Shown: one piece after another, positions 26,811-32,000 of the stretch
Position numbering within the stretch: the stretch's first letter is position 1
Layout of the letters: every line of letters starts with the position of its first letter
NCBI GenBank assembly: GCA_964510585.1
Contig: CAZECW010000027.1
Coordinates: 13,595 to 45,594 of the forward strand
Length of the DNA stretch: 32,000 nucleotides
Origin: an uncultured archaeon
Lineage (GTDB): Archaea > Asgardarchaeota > Jordiarchaeia > Jordiarchaeales > Jordiarchaeaceae
Direction: 5' to 3'
The notes under the pieces: generated by a model
Databases searched by the model: none
The model's input: only the letters and a program-made list of their open reading frames with translations
What the model was told of the DNA's origin: nothing
Translations under genes and position numbers: made by a program

Positions 26811-27959
26811 TTAAATGGATATGGGGTATTTCCCATATTTTTTGATGGAGTTGACTAGTGCTTCAACGTTTTCTGGTGGAGTGTCCCTAGGCACCTGGTC
26901 GCCGAAGACCATACAGCCCCCTCCAGGAGCCAAGACTTTTATTAGTTTTTTGACGTGGTTTTCTATTTCTTTGGGAGTGCCTTTGCTTATGATTCCCGCT
27001 CTTACCCCGAAGAACCAGGGTTTCTTCAGCCTATTAGACATCTCCTTTATCTTCTCTGGAGGCAGCCAGTCAGACTCCAGCATAACCACCATGCCCACCA
27101 GCGATCCCGTTTTAACCACAACGTCTTCCATGATTTTCTCCCACCCAGGAATTTCCATCACTGGGAAGCCTCCCGCCCACATCATGGGGCCAAGTCTTTT
27201 CATAATCTCTGTCGTGTGCGGAATCACATAGTCGTAGACAAGCTGGGGACTTGTGGGTGGGATGCACGAAAAGGCGTCTGCAAGTGCTGGAAAAGCTGCT
27301 ACACCTCCCAGCGCTTCTTTCTGGGCTTTTACAAATGCTTCGATAACGTCGACACAGAAATCGAGGATTTTGTGGGCGAACTCCGGGTTTTTCCTCGTAT
27401 CGCGTACTAGGTTATTGAATCCCCGGATTTGCACTGCCATAGACCAGGGTGCGGAAGCTACCAAGGTGGTGAAGGCATATTCTCCTAACTTTTCTAAGTA
27501 TAGTTTGGAGCCCTCAATGACATAAGGTCCGCGGCCAGCCTTTGTGAAGTCTGGTATATCTAGTTTTTCCAGGTCCTTGGGCTCCTTGATTAGGGGTTCT
27601 AAAATGACTGGAAAGCTGTCTTCAGGGAATAGCATTTTTGCTCCCAGAGCTTCGGCCTCATAATTGTAGGCGTCGGCAAAAGCTCCTGGTATGTCGAACT
27701 TGTACTTTATTGCTGTAAATAGCTGAGCGTAAATCATTTTCTTGGGATCAGTGCATAGCTCTCTTACAGTTATCCCTGCTACTTTCGCGGCGTGGTCGTG
27801 TATCTGCATAAAGACTGGCATTCTATCTGGCTCTTGGAACATGAATATCTTGGTAAACCGCTCTATTGTGGTGTGGGGTTCTTTTGAGGCCATCTCCTTG
27901 AACTTTTCGGCAAGCTTATTTATCTCAGCATCGATGTTTGCTTCAGTTAATTTAACCAT
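26811..27959 (-). CDS. URO-D-fold (MtaA/CmuA-like) corrinoid-dependent methyltransferase, paralog 1
   Basis: EPDRMPV, YNYEAEALGA, DFTKAGRGP, APWSMAVQIRG, KGTPKEI, APGGG, DTPPEN. Lacks the HemE RQAGR motif. Directly downstream of a corrinoid protein. Confidence 0.85.
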   Translation of the reverse strand: MVKLTEANIDAEINKLAEKFKEMASKEPHTTIERFTKIFMFQEPDRMPVFMQIHDHAAKVAGITVRELCTDPKKMIYAQLFTAIKYKFDIPGAFADAYNYEAEALGAKMLFPEDSFPVILEPLIKEPKDLEKLDIPDFTKAGRGPYVIEGSKLYLEKLGEYAFTTLVASAPWSMAVQIRGFNNLVRDTRKNPEFAHKILDFCVDVIEAFVKAQKEALGGVAAFPALADAFSCIPPTSPQLVYDYVIPHTTEIMKRLGPMMWAGGFPVMEIPGWEKIMEDVVVKTGSLVGMVVMLESDWLPPEKIKEMSNRLKKPWFFGVRAGIISKGTPKEIENHVKKLIKVLAPGGGCMVFGDQVPRDTPPENVEALVNSIKKYGKYPISI

Positions 27960-27973
27960 CCTTTTTTGCCTCC

Positions 27974-28612
27974 TTATGCTTTTACTAGTTTTTTCGCTAC
28001 TTCGACTGCTTCTAGGGCGTCGTTGGCGAAGGCGTCTGCGCCTACCTCTTCAACATGTTTGGGGTAGACTGATGCTCCTCCAATGAGGTATTTTATTTTT
28101 TTTCTGACGCCTGCTTTCTTCATTTCTTCGTTGAGTTTACGGAGTTCGTCTATGGTTGTGGAGATGTATGATGAGGCTCCCACTATTTGTGGGTTCTCTT
28201 TTTTGATGGCTTCTATGAATTTTTGGGGTGAAACATCTGTTCCCAGGTCGACTACATAAAAACCGGCACCGCGAAGCATAGCTACCACAATGTTTTTTCC
28301 AATGTCGTGTACGTCTCCTTGGCAGACTCCCATAACAATTTTTCCGAGGAACTCTTTACTTGCTGTTTGTAGTTGTGGGAGGATTAGCTTCAGCCCCTCA
28401 CTCATTGCCTCCGCAGCCATAACTAGGTCGGGAACGAAGTACTCTTTGTTCTCATATTTTTTGCCAACTTCGTCCATTGCCTTGCCCATACCTTTAATTA
28501 TGTCTATGGGTTTAACTCCCTCTCTTAACAGTTTTTGAACCGCCTCCTTTGTGGCGTCAGATTCACCATTAATTATTGCTTCTTGGAGTTTGCTTAGTGT
28601 ATTTTCAGACAA
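27974..28612 (-). CDS. Corrinoid (B12-binding) protein, MtbC/MttC/MtaC-like
   Basis: N-terminal four-helix cap (GMGKAMDEVGKKYENKEYFVPDL), GDVHDIGKNIV (DxHxxG), DLGTDVS, IGGA. TTG start after GGAGGA. Confidence 0.93.
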   Translation of the reverse strand: MSENTLSKLQEAIINGESDATKEAVQKLLREGVKPIDIIKGMGKAMDEVGKKYENKEYFVPDLVMAAEAMSEGLKLILPQLQTASKEFLGKIVMGVCQGDVHDIGKNIVVAMLRGAGFYVVDLGTDVSPQKFIEAIKKENPQIVGASSYISTTIDELRKLNEEMKKAGVRKKIKYLIGGASVYPKHVEEVGADAFANDALEAVEVAKKLVKA

Positions 28613-28916
28613 AAATCATATCCTCCTTAGGGAAGTTAATCAAGTATTAGCCTTTTTCTAATTATTAAATATTACTATTAATTATTTTTGGCGTGGGAGA
28701 AAACTGTTTTTAGCCGTTTTTTGGTTTCCCGGGAGGGAATGATTAGTTTGTGGGACGAAAATCTCTTCTTTTAAGTTCGTCTTTTGATAAAAATGTTTAT
28801 CGGGGCTGCTTCTGAAAATGTGAGTTAGCCTACTTTGCTGTTCCTTTTTTTGGGTTTGGATCGATTTCCTACGCTTTTTTGGGGTGAGGGTTTCAAGTGT
28901 TTGTTTCCACTTTTTA

Positions 28917-28933
28917 GTGAAAAGATTTATTTA
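28917..28933 (+). promoter_or_regulatory. BRE/TATA upstream of the RHH gene
   Basis: GTGAAAAGA-TTTATTTA, nearly the same as GTGCAAAAGA-TTTATATA upstream of padR. Confidence 0.45.
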
Positions 28934-29003
28934 GTTCCTTTACTACAATAATATGCAGTTTATGTATGGCGATTTGTATGGCACTAAATGGGTGTGGTTT
29001 TCT

Positions 29004-29483
29004 TTGAAGGGCAGACCTAAACTGTTTAAATCAGACCTGGTGAAGGTTACTATAAGGATTCCCGAGAGTTTGAAAAAAAGAATTGAGGAATATGCGGAAC
29101 GTAACAAGATTAATTTTAATGAGGCGACTCGAAGGCTGTTCTTGGGAGGTCTGGAGGGGCCCCGTCTCAGGGAGCAGGGGTTTAACTGGTTTCAGAAGCT
29201 TTTTGAGGGCGCTCAAAACTCTCCCCTCTTTGAGGATTTTAAAGAAGCATTTATCAGGATTCTAGGTGAATTTTTGGGCGGGTATTTAGAGGCGAATCCT
29301 CACGTTTTCGCAGAAAGCATAGCCGGATTTCTTGGGGGTCACCTAAAATATTCTGAGAACGTTTTGGGTCTTGACAAGGGAATGCTGGCTAAGGCGGTTG
29401 CTGGGGGAAATCCTGAGGTACAGAAAAGAATGTCAGAATTAATTGAAAACATGCTGTGGATTATGGAGTGGATTCACAAGTAA
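29004..29483 (+). CDS. Ribbon-helix-helix (CopG/Arc-like) DNA-binding protein with unknown helical C-terminal domain
   Basis: VKVTIRIPESLKKRIEEYAERNKINFNEATRRLF fits the RHH strand-helix-helix pattern. TTG at 29004 preferred over the ORF-track start at 28953. Confidence 0.7.
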   Translation: MKGRPKLFKSDLVKVTIRIPESLKKRIEEYAERNKINFNEATRRLFLGGLEGPRLREQGFNWFQKLFEGAQNSPLFEDFKEAFIRILGEFLGGYLEANPHVFAESIAGFLGGHLKYSENVLGLDKGMLAKAVAGGNPEVQKRMSELIENMLWIMEWIHK

Positions 29484-29516
29484 ACTCGGAGAAACAGATA
29501 CACAAATGGAGGAATC

Positions 29517-29729
29517 TTGAATTTGAACAGATTAGAGAACGTTATTATTTGTGGAGTCTGCAGAAAAACGCGGAAAAACACCGATATCGCCTATGTTGAT
29601 ACACACACAGGGGTTGCAGTTTGCTCAACCTGCGCTTTAAAAATAAGCATGGATCTAGTTGAGCGGGACAAAGAATGCTTAGAAAAAATTGATGAATTCC
29701 TCAAAAACAAGACTGAAAACGAAACGTGA
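29517..29729 (+). CDS. Small C4 zinc-finger protein (ClpX-type finger-like)
   Basis: ICGVCRK...GVAVCSTCA followed by a charged helix. SD GGAGGA immediately upstream. Confidence 0.7.
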   Translation: MNLNRLENVIICGVCRKTRKNTDIAYVDTHTGVAVCSTCALKISMDLVERDKECLEKIDEFLKNKTENET

Positions 29730-30127
29730 AACTGGTAACCTCTCCAACGAGCAATTGCTGAGAAGCCACGTATTGGTCTGTTTGCTCCCCAAAACTTAAG
29801 TAACCCTCTACATGAAAAAATCTTGGAAGACAAGCACAAAATGGAAATCACACTAGAAAATCTGTAGAACCTGATGGCCGAAATAGATTTAGGCTCAACT
29901 GAAGGAATCGAGGAGAAAAATGAAAAATGCTGGAGGTATTTTTAGTCCCACGTTTTATTCCTTTTTTCGCCAAAAGAAGCCCTCATATGGTTCCTTTCGC
30001 AACTGAGGCACAGGCCACCTTTCTGGGGAGAACTTCTTCCAACCAGCCAAAAACAAAAAATGCAAAAAAACTTTTTATGTTCAAACCAAGTTTAGAAATA
30101 TGCTGAAAAATGTGGGGACAGTTTGAG

Positions 30128-30346
30128 ATGATTTTACCCGTACAACTTTTTGGTTACGGATTTCCTTGGTCAACAGTTCTAATAGTTGCATTTTATGCAG
30201 GTGTCATAACGATTTGGGCTCTGGTGGCCCGCTGGGTTTACAAGGATGCAGAAGAGCGTGGTATGGACGCCGTACTTTGGGCGGTTCTAGTATTTTTATT
30301 TGGGCTAATAGCACTTATAATCTATCTAGTTAAGAGACCTAGTTAA
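30128..30346 (+). CDS. Small membrane protein (PLDc_N-like hairpin)
   Basis: WALVARWVYKDAEERGMDAVLWAVLVFLFGLIALIIYLVKRP pattern. Start is 30110 or 30128. Confidence 0.7.
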   Translation: MILPVQLFGYGFPWSTVLIVAFYAGVITIWALVARWVYKDAEERGMDAVLWAVLVFLFGLIALIIYLVKRPS

Positions 30347-30438
30347 AACCAATCCAACCCCGCAGACTCAAAAATAAGAGTAGAGACAGCATACCCGCCG
30401 AGAGATAAAAGCCGCTTCCCAAGAAGCAGGGGATTCGA

Positions 30439-31587
30439 TTATTCGATTGCTATCGGGTATTTTCCATGCTTTTTTATGGAGTTGATGAAGGTCTCGAAGT
30501 TCTCGGTTGGGGTGTCTATGGGGATAGGGTCGCTTATTACAACGCAGCCGCCTCCGGGGCCAAGTATCTTTATTTTGCTTTTAATGTAGTTTTCTATTTC
30601 TTTGGGAGTGCCTTTACTTATGAGAGATGATCCAACTCCGAATGCTAAAGGTTTGCGTAGCCTGTTTGATATTTCCTTGATTTTCTCGGCTGGCATCCAG
30701 TCCGACTCTAACATAATGAGGAAGCCCATTTGCGTTCCACTCTTTGTCACCATGTCTTCCACGATTTGCTCCCACTGCGGAATTTCGCAAACAGGGTAGC
30801 CTCCAATCCACAGTGCCATACCAAGCTTCTTGATGAGTTCTGCTGTGTATGGAAATACGTAGTCGTAGACGATTTGGGGACTAGCTGGAGGGATGCATGA
30901 GAAGGCATCATTTATAGTGGGAACCCCGGCAATCCCCGCTGCTTCCCTCTGGGTTTTCACAAAGACTTCAATAACACCAACACAGAAATCAAGTAGCCTC
31001 TCCACAAATCCCGGATTTTTCCTAGTGTCTTTAACCAAATTGTTGAAACCTCTTAATTGCACCGCCAGTGTCCAGGGACCATTAGCTACTATGCTTAGAA
31101 GACCATAATTTCCCAGTTTCTCTAAATATAGCCTATTTCCCTCCAACACGTAGGGTCCGCGGCCAGCCTTTGTGAAGTCTGGTATTTCCAGCTTTTCCAA
31201 GTCCTTGGGCTCCTTAATTAGGGGTTCAAGGATAACTGGCCAACTGTTTTCAGGATAGGACATTTTTGCTCCCAACGCTTCGGGCTCAAAGTTGTAAAGG
31301 TCAGAAAGGTTGACTACAGTGTCCATCTTGAATTTCACAGCTGTGTAGAGTTGTGCGTAGAGCATTTTTTTGGCATCAGTGCAAAGTTCCCTAATTGTTA
31401 TCCCCGCAATTCTTGCTGAGAACTGGTGCACCGTTGTTGAGACGGGCATTCTGTCCGGCTCTTGAAAAAACATAATCTTTGTGAACCTCTCCAAGAACGA
31501 TTGGGGCTCCCTTGAAACCCTATCCTTAAACTGCTCAGCCAACATATCTATTTCAGCATCAATACTTCCCTGTTTAAATTTGGCCAT
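30439..31587 (-). CDS. URO-D-fold (MtaA/CmuA-like) corrinoid-dependent methyltransferase, paralog 2
   Basis: Colinear with 26811-27959 over its full length (roughly 60% amino-acid identity by eye). A 32-nt identical DNA stretch occurs at 31154-31185 and 27526-27557. ATG after GAGGAG. Confidence 0.85.
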   Translation of the reverse strand: MAKFKQGSIDAEIDMLAEQFKDRVSREPQSFLERFTKIMFFQEPDRMPVSTTVHQFSARIAGITIRELCTDAKKMLYAQLYTAVKFKMDTVVNLSDLYNFEPEALGAKMSYPENSWPVILEPLIKEPKDLEKLEIPDFTKAGRGPYVLEGNRLYLEKLGNYGLLSIVANGPWTLAVQLRGFNNLVKDTRKNPGFVERLLDFCVGVIEVFVKTQREAAGIAGVPTINDAFSCIPPASPQIVYDYVFPYTAELIKKLGMALWIGGYPVCEIPQWEQIVEDMVTKSGTQMGFLIMLESDWMPAEKIKEISNRLRKPLAFGVGSSLISKGTPKEIENYIKSKIKILGPGGGCVVISDPIPIDTPTENFETFINSIKKHGKYPIAIE

Positions 31588-31824
31588 ACCACTCTCCTCG
31601 GGTCAAAAATTCTCCACCTATACCATCAAAAAATAGACTAGTTACTTAAAACGCTTTTGCAGCTTACAATTTCATTATTAGGAGACACCTGATTCCCAAC
31701 CAGAGAAAACTATTAAATTCCAACCACGAGACTTCTCCTTTATCATGGAGTTACGCAGTTGGAGGCTGCTTTATGGCTGTTTTGCCCCTTTAGTGATGTC
31801 AAACTCTCCGCTTATACCTTGAGT

Positions 31825-31937
31825 CAATAAGAACAGAAATTTTTTATTTCCGTCTCTCAAAAAAGAGGAAAGGACAAAATAGAAAAAGAACGAAAATTCA
31901 GCCAATTTCACAACAAACCCTACACACATAACCGCCC
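31825..31937 (-). repeat. Dispersed noncoding repeat, copy B
   Basis: The reverse complement begins GGGCGGTTATGTGTGTAGGGTTTG and aligns with 12100-12217. Confidence 0.7.
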
Positions 31938-32000
31938 ATAGAGAAATAGTAGAATCTGGGAATGTATTAAAAGGTAAATAATTTTTAATTTATACTATAC

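Noticed and set aside
26811-31587. Calling the two URO-D-fold genes hemE or mtaA
   Set aside because: No RQAGR motif or C-terminal GHG of HemE, and no HxC...C zinc motif of MtaA/MtbA.
1-32000. CRISPR array, tRNA, rRNA, IS transposase
   Set aside because: By eye I found no regularly spaced repeats, no tRNA T-loop/cloverleaf, no rRNA-like sequence and no transposase motifs.

Overview
Archaeal chromosomal DNA. Evidence: GGTGA/GGAGG ribosome-binding sites, frequent TTG/GTG starts, BRE+TATA promoters, DUF35/thiolase pairs and a SIS-type glucosamine deaminase. A surface protein with a cytoplasmic longin-like domain suggests an Asgard-type archaeon (inference). In order, the window holds: a 5'-truncated multi-pass membrane protein; an alpha/beta-hydrolase + acyl-CoA ligase pair convergent on a FabH-like condensing enzyme with a Cys-His-His triad; a radical SAM/SPASM enzyme; a decayed MNT-HEPN toxin-antitoxin pair; a 954-aa receptor-like protein (sequon-rich ectodomain, TM helix, longin-like domain, coiled coil); a PadR + membrane zinc-ribbon operon with a candidate operator; a glutaredoxin; a frameshifted MFS transporter; an HTH/4Fe-4S protein; a three-gene GlcNAc catabolic cluster; a DUF35-Ltp4-like-Ltp3-like-DUF35 operon whose thiolase folds lack the catalytic Cys (probable retro-aldolase); a PH-domain pseudogene; and a corrinoid protein with two paralogous URO-D-fold methyltransferases that lack the canonical Zn motif. 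The two methyltransferase loci are separated by small RHH, Zn-finger and membrane ORFs. A roughly 115-bp noncoding repeat occurs twice, about 20 kb apart. I saw no tRNA, rRNA, CRISPR array or intact transposase. All family calls come from motif recognition by eye; no database search was run.
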